Assembly (NCBI GenBank): GCA_024763215.1
Contig: JANTFX010000003.1
Coordinates: 3,519-67,518 of the forward strand
Direction of reading: 5' to 3'
Length of the DNA: 64,000 nucleotides
Origin: Candidatus Krumholzibacteriia bacterium
Lineage (GTDB): Bacteria; Krumholzibacteriota; Krumholzibacteriia; LZORAL124-64-63
Shown: positions 1 through 8,366 of the stretch, in pieces
How the letters are laid out: every line of letters starts with the position of its first letter
Position numbering within the stretch: the first letter of the stretch is position 1
The notes under the pieces: model-generated
The model's input: only the letters and a program-made list of their open reading frames with translations
Databases searched by the model: none
What the model was told of the DNA's origin: nothing
Position numbers and translations under genes: made by a program

Positions 1-491
1 AGCAACAGCTGCTCGGCGGCGGCCTTGCTGCGACCGTAGCCGGTCACTGGCCGGCAGGGGTCATCCTCGCGGGCCGGATGATCGAGCCCTGCGGGGCCGT
101 GGGCGGCCAGGCTCGATACCAGGACGAAGGCGCCGCCGCCGCCCGGGTGCCACTCCCGGCGGCAGGCCGTCAGCAGGGCCCGGGTGGTCTCGGCGTTGGC
201 GCGCAGATACTGCTGGTCGTTGTCGGAGGTGACCCGGCCGGCGCAGTGGATCACGGCCCTGGCCCCGCGCACGAAGGCCGCGCACTCGGCGGGGTCGGCC
301 AGGTTCACCGGGAGGGTCTCGACGGGCTTGCCCGCCAACCAGCGCAGGTCGCTTGTGGGCCTGACCGAGGCCCGCACCCGGTACCCGCCGTCCAGCAGCA
401 GGTCGGCGATATGGCTGCCCAGGAACCCCGTCGCCCCGGTCAGGGCGATGGTCGGTCCGGTGGCGGGCCGCTGACGGGAAGCCGGGGTCAT
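1..491 (-). CDS. Extended-SDR (NAD(P)-dependent epimerase/dehydratase family) reductase, N-terminal 163 codons only; gene runs off the left edge
   Basis: Own minus-strand translation from ATG at 491-489: MTPASRQRPATGPTIALTGATGFLGSHIADLLLDGGYRV... (TGxxGxxG Rossmann motif) ... CRPVTGYGRSKAAAEQLL (YxxxK). Absent from the ORF track because it has no stop in the window. The stop of the upstream gene and this ATG share nt 491 (TGATG). Confidence 0.8.
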   Translation of the reverse strand, partial: MTPASRQRPATGPTIALTGATGFLGSHIADLLLDGGYRVRASVRPTSDLRWLAGKPVETLPVNLADPAECAAFVRGARAVIHCAGRVTSDNDQQYLRANAETTRALLTACRREWHPGGGGAFVLVSSLAAHGPAGLDHPAREDDPCRPVTGYGRSKAAAEQLL

Positions 492-1618
492 CACACCGTA
501 CGCTCGTAGACGCGGTAGGTCTTGTAACAGTCGGCCCCGTAGCCCTCGAGGATGCGGTTCATGGGCACGTTATCGGCCAGGATCCAGGAACACTCCCCGC
601 TGGTCACCCCGATGCTGAAGGCGTACTGCATGGTGCGGTAGACAAGGGCCATGTCCACGCCCAGCTTCCGGTACTCCGGCAGCACGCCCATGAGCAGGGT
701 GCGCGCGTAACGGATCCTGCGCTTGGCCAGCAGGAATTTCAGCCAGCCGAAGGGGTACAGCTTGCCGCGCAGAGGCTGCAGGGCCTGGTTGAAGTCGGGG
801 ATGGTCAGGCTGAAACCGATGGGCTTGCCGTCCATCTCGGCGATGAGCAGGAAATCCGCGTCGACCATGGATTTCATGTCCTTGGCCATGTAGGCGAACT
901 CGGCGTCGTCCAGGGGGATGAACCCCCAGTTCTCGCTCCAACAGGCGTTGTAGAGCTCGCGCACGATGCTGGCCTCGTCGAAGAAGCGCTTCATGTCGAA
1001 AGGGCGGATCTTCAGGCCGGGCCGGGCCAGGATGCGGTCGATGAGCTTCTGCATCTTGGGCGGCAGCTGCCCGCCGGTCCGGATGTCCCAGGCGAAGAGA
1101 TCCTTGGCGCCGGTCAGGCCGAAGTCCTCGAAATGCCGCTCGTAGTAGCGGGGGTTGTAGGGCATGCCGACCACGGGACGGCTGAACTTGCCGCCGACCT
1201 GCAGGCCGTACCAGTCGTGGTTGGAGGTGAAGCAGCCCGGCCCGCGCATGATCTCCATGCCGCGCGAGGCGATCCAGAAGCGGGCGGTTTCCAGCAAGTC
1301 GGCGGCGGCCTCGGGATCGTCGTCCACCTCGTAGAAGCCGAAGAATCCGGTTTTCTCGTCCCAGTGCTCGTTGTTGTAGCGGTCGACCGCCGCGGCGATG
1401 CGCCCGATCACCTGGCCGTCGCGCACGGCCAGCCATAGGGCCGTCTCGGCGTGCTGGAAGAAGGGATTCTTATCCGGGTTGAGGAAATGCTTCATCTCGC
1501 CCAGCAGGGGGAACACGTAGTTGGGATCATCACGGTAGATGCGGTAGGGAACCTGCAGGAACGCGTCGAGGTCGGCCTTGGTGTTCACCGGCTGGATCTG
1601 CAGAGGCATGTCCTTCAT
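491..1618 (-). CDS. GNAT-fold N-acyltransferase-like protein (375 aa); candidate bacterial ceramide-synthase-type enzyme
   Basis: ORF track 491..1618 (-). Coding-like GC3. N-terminal ...LQVPYRIYRDDPNYVFPLLGEMKHFLNPDKNPFFQHAE... C-terminal GNAT motif-A-like ...LLMGVLPEYRKLGVDMALVYR... Alternative start ATG 1609 has better SD spacing. Confidence 0.7.
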   Translation of the reverse strand: MKDMPLQIQPVNTKADLDAFLQVPYRIYRDDPNYVFPLLGEMKHFLNPDKNPFFQHAETALWLAVRDGQVIGRIAAAVDRYNNEHWDEKTGFFGFYEVDDDPEAAADLLETARFWIASRGMEIMRGPGCFTSNHDWYGLQVGGKFSRPVVGMPYNPRYYERHFEDFGLTGAKDLFAWDIRTGGQLPPKMQKLIDRILARPGLKIRPFDMKRFFDEASIVRELYNACWSENWGFIPLDDAEFAYMAKDMKSMVDADFLLIAEMDGKPIGFSLTIPDFNQALQPLRGKLYPFGWLKFLLAKRRIRYARTLLMGVLPEYRKLGVDMALVYRTMQYAFSIGVTSGECSWILADNVPMNRILEGYGADCYKTYRVYERTV

Positions 1619-1671
1619 CCTTCAGGCATCGAGCCCGGGCCAGGCGCCGGGCCGGACAGTGAGCGGTGGTT

Positions 1672-2877
1672 TCAGGAGGGGATAACGCCCAGCTGCCTGG
1701 CCACCCGGATCATGATGTCCATGGCCTTGTTGATCTCATCGTCGGTGTGGGTGGCCATCAGGCTCAGGCGGATCAGGGCGTTGCCCGGTTCGACCGCGGG
1801 GCTGACCACCGGGTTGACGAAAACGCCCTCGTCGGCCAGCTGGCGGCACATCTTGAACGCAACCATGTCTTCGCCGACCACCGCCGGGATGATGGGGGTC
1901 TCGCTGGGGCCGGTGTTGAAGCCGGCTTCCTTCAGGCGTTCGCGCATCAGGTCGTTGTTGTGCCACAGGGCCTTGTGGCGCCATTCCTCCTCGAGCATCA
2001 CGTCGACGGCCGCCGAGACCGAGGCCACCGAGGCCGGCGGCATGCTGGCCGAGAACATCAGGGCCCGGGAGAGGTGCTGGATGTAATGGATGGTGTCGGC
2101 GTCACTGGCGACGAAACCGCCGACCGAGGCCAGGGATTTGCTGAAGGTGCCCATGATCAGGTGGGCGCGGCTGGTCTCGCCGAAATGGTTGCATGTGCCC
2201 CGGCCCTGCTCGCCGAGGACGCCGATGCCGTGGGCGTCGTCCACCATGACCAGGGCGCCGTGCTCGGCGGCCAGGTCCAGGATTTGCGGCAGCTTGGCGA
2301 TGTCGCCCTCCATGGAGAACACGCCGTCGATGATGATCAACTTGTTGTCGCCGGGAATGTTGCTCAGGACCTGGTCCAGGCTCTCCATGTCGTTGTGCTT
2401 GAACTTCACCACGTTGGCGAACGACAGCCGCGCCCCGTCGATGATCGAGGCGTGGTCGGTACGGTCCACGAAGATGGTGTCGCTTCGTCCGGCCAGGGAG
2501 CTGAGCACACCCTGGTTGACCATGAAACCGGTGGAGTAGATCAGGGCCTTCTCCTTGCCCACCAGCTTGGCGAGCTTCTCTTCCAGCTCGATGTGGATGT
2601 CCAGGGTGCCGTTGAGGAAGCGGGAACCCGCGCAGCCGGTGCCGTACTTGGCGATGGCGGCCTGGGCGGCCTCCTTGACCCGGGGATGGTTCGTCAGGCC
2701 GAGGTAGTTGTTGCTGCCCAGCATGATGACTTCCCGGCCCTTGTATTTGACCGTGTTCTCCTGGGCAGACTCGATCACCCGGAAATAGTTGTAGAGGTCC
2801 GCGGCCATCAGTTCCCTGGCCGTCGTGAACTTTTGGACTTTATCGAGCAGGCCCATTATGACTCTCTTCCATGCCAT
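1672..2877 (-). CDS. Alpha-oxoamine synthase family PLP enzyme, serine palmitoyltransferase-like (401 aa)
   Basis: ORF track 1672..2877 (-). GSNNYLGLTNHPRV, DDAHGIGVLG, PLP-lysine motif GTFSKSLASVGGFV (Spt/Kbl/BioF family). Alternative start ATG 2856 is preceded by GGAAGAGAG. Confidence 0.9.
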   Translation of the reverse strand: MAWKRVIMGLLDKVQKFTTARELMAADLYNYFRVIESAQENTVKYKGREVIMLGSNNYLGLTNHPRVKEAAQAAIAKYGTGCAGSRFLNGTLDIHIELEEKLAKLVGKEKALIYSTGFMVNQGVLSSLAGRSDTIFVDRTDHASIIDGARLSFANVVKFKHNDMESLDQVLSNIPGDNKLIIIDGVFSMEGDIAKLPQILDLAAEHGALVMVDDAHGIGVLGEQGRGTCNHFGETSRAHLIMGTFSKSLASVGGFVASDADTIHYIQHLSRALMFSASMPPASVASVSAAVDVMLEEEWRHKALWHNNDLMRERLKEAGFNTGPSETPIIPAVVGEDMVAFKMCRQLADEGVFVNPVVSPAVEPGNALIRLSLMATHTDDEINKAMDIMIRVARQLGVIPS

Positions 2878-2957
2878 GAAGACAGGCGAAGGCCGATCGC
2901 ACCCCGCCTAAGAGTATCGTAGCGCCAGAAACTAGCTGTTTTTGTCCCACAGGACAA

Positions 2958-3527
2958 CTAGAAAACCTCGGCGGTGAAAACCCGGAAGGTGGCGCCCTGA
3001 CGCCAGGCATCGGGGGCCAGGCCGGCCTTGAGGGCGAGGTGGCTCAGGGTGGTCTTCAGGTCCCAGCCCTGTTCCACGGCGACCTGGGGCAAAAATACCG
3101 CTCTGCGCCCGCCCCTGTCCAGAAGGATGCCGTGGGTGCCGATGATGATGTCATCGGGGCCGTCCACCTGTTGCAACGGGCTCAGGGCCGAGATTTCCAG
3201 TTCGAGGGCGGGCAACTCATCCGGTGTCACGGGGGGGAACCGGGGGTCGCGCACCGCGGCCGAGGCGGCGTTCTCGGCCACCGCGTCGAGCAGGGGCTTG
3301 ATGCCCTCGATGTACCCGATGCAGCCGCGCAGGGCGCCGCCTCTGGTCAGGGTCACGAAGGCGCCCCGGTTTTCCAGCAGAGCCGGGCCGGGGACGAGGT
3401 TCAGGTCGGCTGCCAGTTGCCGGGGTTCGGGGCCGGGGCGCCCCGCAGCGGCGGCCTCGACCCATTGCCGGGCCAGTTCCCGCAGGAAACCCCGTTCCTC
3501 GGTGGTGAGGGTGGGTGTGCCGGTCAT
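2958..3527 (-). CDS. AMMECR1-domain protein (AmmeMemoRadiSam system protein A type)
   Basis: Within ORF 2958..3587 (-). Start moved to ATG 3527 (MTGTPTLTTEERGF...), preceded by GGAGGAG. Motif FVTLTRGGALRGCIGYIEGIKPL...RDPRFPPV. Confidence 0.85.
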   Translation of the reverse strand: MTGTPTLTTEERGFLRELARQWVEAAAAGRPGPEPRQLAADLNLVPGPALLENRGAFVTLTRGGALRGCIGYIEGIKPLLDAVAENAASAAVRDPRFPPVTPDELPALELEISALSPLQQVDGPDDIIIGTHGILLDRGGRRAVFLPQVAVEQGWDLKTTLSHLALKAGLAPDAWRQGATFRVFTAEVF

Positions 3528-3549
3528 GGTTCTCCTCCACGGTGTACGA

Positions 3550-4416
3550 TCAAGCTTCTGACCCGCTGCAGACCAGGATGGCCGCATAGCTGACGGACAG
3601 GGAGAAGTCCCCGTTCAGGTCCGCGCTGCGCCGGTAATCCACCAAGGCCGCCTCGTATCCCGGTGGCAGGCCGCAGGACAGGGCCAGGGCGGCGGCTTCC
3701 AGCCCGCACATGGTGATACCCGTGCGCCGGCCGTAGGCAAGCAGGCCCGCGGCGTCACCGGCCAGGATCTTCAGGATGGCTCCCGAATCCAGTTTTTCCA
3801 GTTCCGTCGGGATGTCCTGGGTGAAGGGAACATACCCATAGGCCGCTCCGTAGTGGGTGAAATCGGAGGAAATCACCACCAGCGTTCCGTCGTCCCACAA
3901 TTCGCCCAGGGCGGAGGCCGCCTCGCCGCGCACCCGGTCGTCCAGAACGGGCACCAGGATCGGCACGATGGCCGGGGGATCGTCCGGCCACAGGCGCTGC
4001 AGGAAGGGCAGCTGGATCTCCACGGCGTGCTCGGAGGCGTGGGCGGGCTCGGCCCGGACGAAACCCGGCCGGCCGTCCAGAAATTCGCAGGCCTCGGTGT
4101 CCACCGGCACGGCGCCCAGGGGGGTGGCGAAGGCCGTGGCCGACGTCAGGGCGCACCGCACCAGGGGGGTGCGGTGGTTGGGGGCCAGGATGATCACCCG
4201 CGCGGGCCTCTCGCCGGTCAGCAGCCCGTAGGCCTTGCCGGCGCAGGGGCCGCTGTAGGCATAGCCGGCGTGGGGGACCACCGCCAGCAGGGCGCGTCCG
4301 GCGGGCCGGACCTCAGGGTCGGCCCCAGCCAGGAAACCATCGACCTCCTGGCCCAGGGCGGTCTTGTCCGCGGGGTACCACGCGCCGCTGAGAACGGGTT
4401 GACGAACACGGTTCAT
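3550..4416 (-). CDS. MEMO1-family protein (AmmeMemoRadiSam system protein B type)
   Basis: Within ORF 3550..4533 (-). Start probably ATG 4416 (MNRVRQPVLSGAWYPADK...). Motifs AVVPHAGYAYSGPCAGKAY and VISSDFTHYG. 22-nt gap to the AMMECR1 gene. Confidence 0.85.
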   Translation of the reverse strand: MNRVRQPVLSGAWYPADKTALGQEVDGFLAGADPEVRPAGRALLAVVPHAGYAYSGPCAGKAYGLLTGERPARVIILAPNHRTPLVRCALTSATAFATPLGAVPVDTEACEFLDGRPGFVRAEPAHASEHAVEIQLPFLQRLWPDDPPAIVPILVPVLDDRVRGEAASALGELWDDGTLVVISSDFTHYGAAYGYVPFTQDIPTELEKLDSGAILKILAGDAAGLLAYGRRTGITMCGLEAAALALSCGLPPGYEAALVDYRRSADLNGDFSLSVSYAAILVCSGSEA

Positions 4417-4444
4417 GGCCTGAACGGCTCCGACGGGATAATCC

Positions 4445-4461
4445 GGGTTGGAATCCAACCC
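4445..4461. promoter_or_regulatory. Perfect inverted repeat GGGTTGG-AAT-CCAACCC in the divergent Memo/STAS intergenic region
   Basis: Read directly: 7-bp arms, 3-nt spacer, in the 137-nt spacer between divergent genes. Possible operator or small hairpin. Confidence 0.35.
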
Positions 4462-4553
4462 GAGGACCTTTATCATGAGGGAGCGGCCCCGCCGCCGAGG
4501 ACCGCCGGGAATCGACCACCGGCAGGATACCATAAAATGCGTCAGACGGGAGG

Positions 4554-4904
4554 ATGACTTTGAATATCAAGCAGAACCTCAGGGGCGAGATCATGGTTCT
4601 GAGCCTCAGCGGCAAGATCATGGGTGGACCCGACCACGATATGTTCCAGACCGAGATCAAATCCCTCATCAACCAGGGTTATGTCGATATCCTGCTGGAT
4701 CTGGGCAAGGTCAGCTGGGTGAACTCCACCGGCCTGGGCATCCTGGTCTCGGCGTACCACACGCTGAAGAAGAACGGGGGGACCCTGAAGATCTGCCAGG
4801 TCAGCGACCGCATCGACAACATCCTGAACGTCACCCAGTTGAAGCTGGTCTTCGAGACCTTCAGCGACTGCGAGGAAGCCCTGGCCTCCTTCGGGCAGAG
4901 CTGA
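4554..4904 (+). CDS. STAS-domain anti-sigma-factor antagonist (SpoIIAA/RsbV-like)
   Basis: ORF track 4554..4904 (+), 116 aa. ...DILLDLGKVSWVNSTGLGILVSAYHTLKKNGGTLKI... carries the conserved phosphorylatable Ser context. GGGAGG abuts the ATG, so a TTG at 4560 is an alternative start. Confidence 0.85.
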   Translation: MTLNIKQNLRGEIMVLSLSGKIMGGPDHDMFQTEIKSLINQGYVDILLDLGKVSWVNSTGLGILVSAYHTLKKNGGTLKICQVSDRIDNILNVTQLKLVFETFSDCEEALASFGQS

Positions 4905-4907
4905 ATC

Positions 4908-5351
4908 GTGGCTGAAGCCGCCGAACCGGTCTACCGCAATCCGGCCCTGACCGTCGATGCGGTGATCGTGCACCGTTCCAGCCGGGGGGATTTCGTGCTG
5001 CTCGTCCTGCGGGGCAGGGATCCCTTCGCCGGCTCCTACGCCCTGCCCGGGGGCTTTGTCGAGTACGGCGAGGATCCCAACGACGCGGTGGGGCGCGAGG
5101 TGGCCGAGGAGACGGGTCTGATGAATCTGACCTTTTGCCAGCTGGGGGTTTTCGGCAAACCGGGCCGCGATCCGCGCGGCCACACCGTCTCGGTGGTCTA
5201 CACGTCCGTCCTGGCCGGCGAGCGCCCCGAGGCCACAGGGGGGGATGACGCCGCCGCCGCCAGGTGGGTCTCCGTCGACGAGCTGCCTCCGCTGGCCTTC
5301 GACCACGGAGAAATCTTGACCGCCGCCCTTGCCTCCTTGTCCTGCCGGTAG
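4908..5351 (+). CDS. NUDIX hydrolase
   Basis: ORF track 4908..5351 (+), GTG start. Complete Nudix box GGFVEYGEDPNDAVGREVAEETGL (Gx5Ex7REUxEExGU). Confidence 0.85.
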   Translation: MAEAAEPVYRNPALTVDAVIVHRSSRGDFVLLVLRGRDPFAGSYALPGGFVEYGEDPNDAVGREVAEETGLMNLTFCQLGVFGKPGRDPRGHTVSVVYTSVLAGERPEATGGDDAAAARWVSVDELPPLAFDHGEILTAALASLSCR

Positions 5352-5406
5352 TTCCTTTTGTCCTGATCAGGTTAGTTTTTTCCGCCCTGCAAAGGAGCGT
5401 CATGTT

Positions 5407-6489
5407 ATGAGCAGCCAGCTGAATCCCGAGGTCGTCAGGCAGGCCCTCAAGGAAGTCAAGGTTCCCGGCACCAAGGTGGACGTGCTGTCGATCAACCTCA
5501 TCGGCGAGATCACCGTCACCGGGGGTGACGTCACCGTGACGGTGGTGCACACCACGGAGAAGGAAGAGACCATCGCGGGGGTCCGCGAGGGCGTGGCCAA
5601 GGCCGTCTCGGCCCTGCCGGGGGTCCTGACGGTCAACGTGCCCGTGGATGACCGCCGCGCGCCGAAGAAGAAAGCCCCTACCGGCCCCCACGGACAGTCC
5701 CCCGACCCCTTCGCCGACCGTGCCAAGCTGCCGGGCGTGGCCCGGGTGATCGCCGTGGCCAGCGCCAAGGGCGGCGTGGGAAAATCGTCGGTGGCGGTGA
5801 ACCTGGCCCTGGCCCTCAAGGAGCGTGGCCTGAAGGTGGGCCTGCTGGACGCGGACGTTTACGGCCCCAGCGTGCCGACCATGCTCGGGGTCCGGGAGAT
5901 GCCCGAGGTGACCGAAGACCGCAAGATCTATCCCGTGATGTCCCACGGCCTGCAGGTCATCAGCATGGGCCTTCTGATGCCGCCGGACCAGCCGGTGATC
6001 TGGCGCGGCCCGCTGGTCTTCGCCGCGATCAAGCAGTTCTTGAAGGATGTCCAGTGGCAGGACCTGGATGTCCTGGTCGTGGACATGCCGCCGGGCACGG
6101 GCGACGCGCAGCTGACCCTGGTCCAGCAGGTGCCCCTGAGCGGTGTGGTCATGGTCACCACGCCCCAGGAGGTGGCGCTGGCCGACGTGCGCCGCGGCAT
6201 CAAGATGTTCGGCGACGTGGATGTGCCGGTGCTGGGCATCGTGGAGAACATGAGCTACTTCGTATGCCCGAACTGCAGCAGCGAGCACGACATCTTCGGT
6301 CGCGGCGGCGGGGGCGAGGTGGCCAGGCAGTTCGGCATCCCCCTGCTGGCGGAGATCCCCATCACCGCCGACATCCGCACCGGGGGCGACCAGGGCAAGC
6401 CTGCGGTGGAGATCGACGGCAGCCCGGCCCGTGAGGCCTTCCGGAAACTGGCGGACAAGGTGGACGAGCTGGCGATGGAACCGAAGTAG
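5407..6489 (+). CDS. mrp: Mrp/NBP35-family Fe-S cluster carrier ATPase with N-terminal DUF59/MIP18-like domain
   Basis: Within ORF 5329..6489. Start ATG 5407 (MSSQLNPEVV...) after AAAGGAG. Walker A IAVASAKGGVGKSS. CPNCSSEHDIFG CxxC motif. Confidence 0.9.
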   Translation: MSSQLNPEVVRQALKEVKVPGTKVDVLSINLIGEITVTGGDVTVTVVHTTEKEETIAGVREGVAKAVSALPGVLTVNVPVDDRRAPKKKAPTGPHGQSPDPFADRAKLPGVARVIAVASAKGGVGKSSVAVNLALALKERGLKVGLLDADVYGPSVPTMLGVREMPEVTEDRKIYPVMSHGLQVISMGLLMPPDQPVIWRGPLVFAAIKQFLKDVQWQDLDVLVVDMPPGTGDAQLTLVQQVPLSGVVMVTTPQEVALADVRRGIKMFGDVDVPVLGIVENMSYFVCPNCSSEHDIFGRGGGGEVARQFGIPLLAEIPITADIRTGGDQGKPAVEIDGSPAREAFRKLADKVDELAMEPK

Positions 6490-6569
6490 GGCGCGCGGAA
6501 AAGGAGGCGGGCAAACAGGATAACTTCCTGGATTCGGAGACGCGCGGGCACAGAGAGTCCGCCTGCCGG

Positions 6570-6686
6570 GTTCTGATCAATGGAACCACTTTGGAGGGTT
6601 CGGATCTGAACTTGAATTCTGATGGGCTGATCAATCTGAATGATCTTGGTGTTCTGGCGGCGGCAATGGGTGCTGATTGCCCTTGA
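6570..6686 (+). pseudogene. Dockerin/EF-hand-like C-terminal relic (VLINGTTLEGSDLNLNSDGLINLNDLGVLAAAMGADCP*), no usable start codon
   Basis: Own translation. The DxNxDGxIxxxDL-type repeat plus an ...AAMG.DCP* ending resembles C-terminal dockerin-like tails. GC3 is only about half, against very high GC3 in neighbouring genes. The consensus SD AAGGAGG at 6501-6507 has no ATG/GTG/TTG within 20 nt. Confidence 0.3.
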
Positions 6687-6772
6687 TCCGACCACCTTTA
6701 CGCACGTGCGGTAGTATTCGTCGATCCAGTCAAAAAACCACACCGGGGTCATGCTCCACCGCGAGCCATATG

Positions 6773-8296
6773 CTATTCCGCATACCCCAGATCCTTGAGC
6801 CGCTGGTGGATCTCGGCGTCCATGTCCTGCCAGGAGCCGCCGTCGCCATCGTTCCCTGACGCGGCCCACCCCGAGTCCCGCCAGCGGGTGGCGATGGCCT
6901 GCAGGTCCGCCAGTTCCTGCGGGTGGTCGGCGGCCGCATCCTTCTTTTCGGCGGGATCCCCGGCCAGATCGAACATCGCCAGCGGCGAACCATCGCGGCG
7001 GGCGATGAGCTTCCAGCGGCCTTTTCTGACGCTCACGAGGTCCGGGCCATAGGCCATGGCCTCGGCGAGGATCACGCGTTCGGCGTCGTCCGTGCCGGAC
7101 CGGGCCATGCTGCTGCCCGTCAGCAGCGGCGCCATCTGGTCCGCCGCAGCAGGCGAGACCGTCGGCGGGGCGGGCAGGGGCGGCAACCCCATCCAATCCA
7201 GGAGGGTGGGGGCAAGGTCCAGCAGGCTGACCGGATCCGGGCGCCGCACCCCCGCCGGAACGCCGGATCCCCAGGCCAGCCAGGGCACGTGCAGCAGCTC
7301 CTGGAACATGCTGTGGCCATGGCCGATGCCGAAGATCCCGCGCGGGTCGTGGTCCCAGCTCCGCGCCCATCCCATATGATCCAGGAACTCCTCGCCGTGA
7401 TCCGAGAAGACCGATCGCAGGGTGTGTTCGCCCAGACCCCACGCCACGAGCTGCTTGTCCAGAGTGCCGATGGCGCGGTCGGTCTGGTGGATGGCCGCGT
7501 CGTAGATCGCGAGCTTCACCGCCAGAGCCGGGGCGATTTCCGGCGCATCGGCTGCAGGGGCCTTGCCCAGGTGCGGGGCCGGCGGCTCGCCCCAGCGCGC
7601 CAGCCCGCGCAGCATGGCTGCGGAGGTGTCGGCCCCGTGCGCGGAGGCCGAGGTCAGGAACGGGGCGAGGTCCTCGGGCGCCGGCGTGGTCGGCTCATGG
7701 GGGTCGTTCAGCAGGACGAAGCAGAAGAACGGGCGGTCGCCGTGGCGGCGGATCCACTCCAGCGCCACGCGCACGACCTCTGCGGCCTCATCGTTCAGGT
7801 AATGATGCTCGGCGAAGCTCTCGGCCAGGCCGAAGGCGAAGAACTGGTTGGAGTAGAAGGCCGCCGTGCGGTAGCCCTGCGCCTCCAGATGGGCGGCCAG
7901 GGTGATGATGCGGTCATCCAGGCGGCGCGGGGGCTGGGTATCCATGTTGCGCACCGGACCCGGCAGATAGGCCCCGTGCACACCGGGGGTCACACCGGTC
8001 AGGGCCGAGGCGAACGAGGGCAGGGTCCAGGGGGCGCAGGCGGCCGCGTCGGAGAAAATCGTGCCCTGCCCGGCGAGCCGGTCCAGGTGGGGCGAGGTCG
8101 GCCTGCCGTACCCGTAACAACCGAGATGATCCGCCCTGAGGGTGTCGACCCCGACCAGGACCAGGTTAGCCGGACCCTGCCTGCGGGGCTTGATGCGAGC
8201 CGGCCGCAGGGGTTGCAGCAACCGGCCGGAAAAACGGCGCAGCATGCGTTTGCGGCGCTGCCGGGCGGTCAGGGGTGCGAAAGGATCGTTGCGCAT
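6773..8296 (-). CDS. Sulfatase-fold (alkaline-phosphatase superfamily) hydrolase/transferase, not a canonical formylglycine sulfatase
   Basis: Within ORF 6773..8368 (-). Start ATG 8296 (MRNDPFAPL...) downstream of AAGGAGG. LVGVDTLRADHLGCYGY metal-site motif. The CxPxR position reads TLPSF (..CAPWTLPSFASALTG). Confidence 0.85.
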   Translation of the reverse strand: MRNDPFAPLTARQRRKRMLRRFSGRLLQPLRPARIKPRRQGPANLVLVGVDTLRADHLGCYGYGRPTSPHLDRLAGQGTIFSDAAACAPWTLPSFASALTGVTPGVHGAYLPGPVRNMDTQPPRRLDDRIITLAAHLEAQGYRTAAFYSNQFFAFGLAESFAEHHYLNDEAAEVVRVALEWIRRHGDRPFFCFVLLNDPHEPTTPAPEDLAPFLTSASAHGADTSAAMLRGLARWGEPPAPHLGKAPAADAPEIAPALAVKLAIYDAAIHQTDRAIGTLDKQLVAWGLGEHTLRSVFSDHGEEFLDHMGWARSWDHDPRGIFGIGHGHSMFQELLHVPWLAWGSGVPAGVRRPDPVSLLDLAPTLLDWMGLPPLPAPPTVSPAAADQMAPLLTGSSMARSGTDDAERVILAEAMAYGPDLVSVRKGRWKLIARRDGSPLAMFDLAGDPAEKKDAAADHPQELADLQAIATRWRDSGWAASGNDGDGGSWQDMDAEIHQRLKDLGYAE

Positions 8297-8366
8297 GTGG
8301 TCTCGTCCGCCTCCTTGCCCGGCGGCTTTCTGGACACCGGCCCCTCGTGTCGTTACCATTGCTCCC

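Noticed and set aside
6255-7442. 395-aa minus-strand ORF spanning the mrp 3' end, the spacer and the sulfatase gene in another frame
   Set aside because: It crosses a low-GC spacer and two independently supported genes. No motifs.
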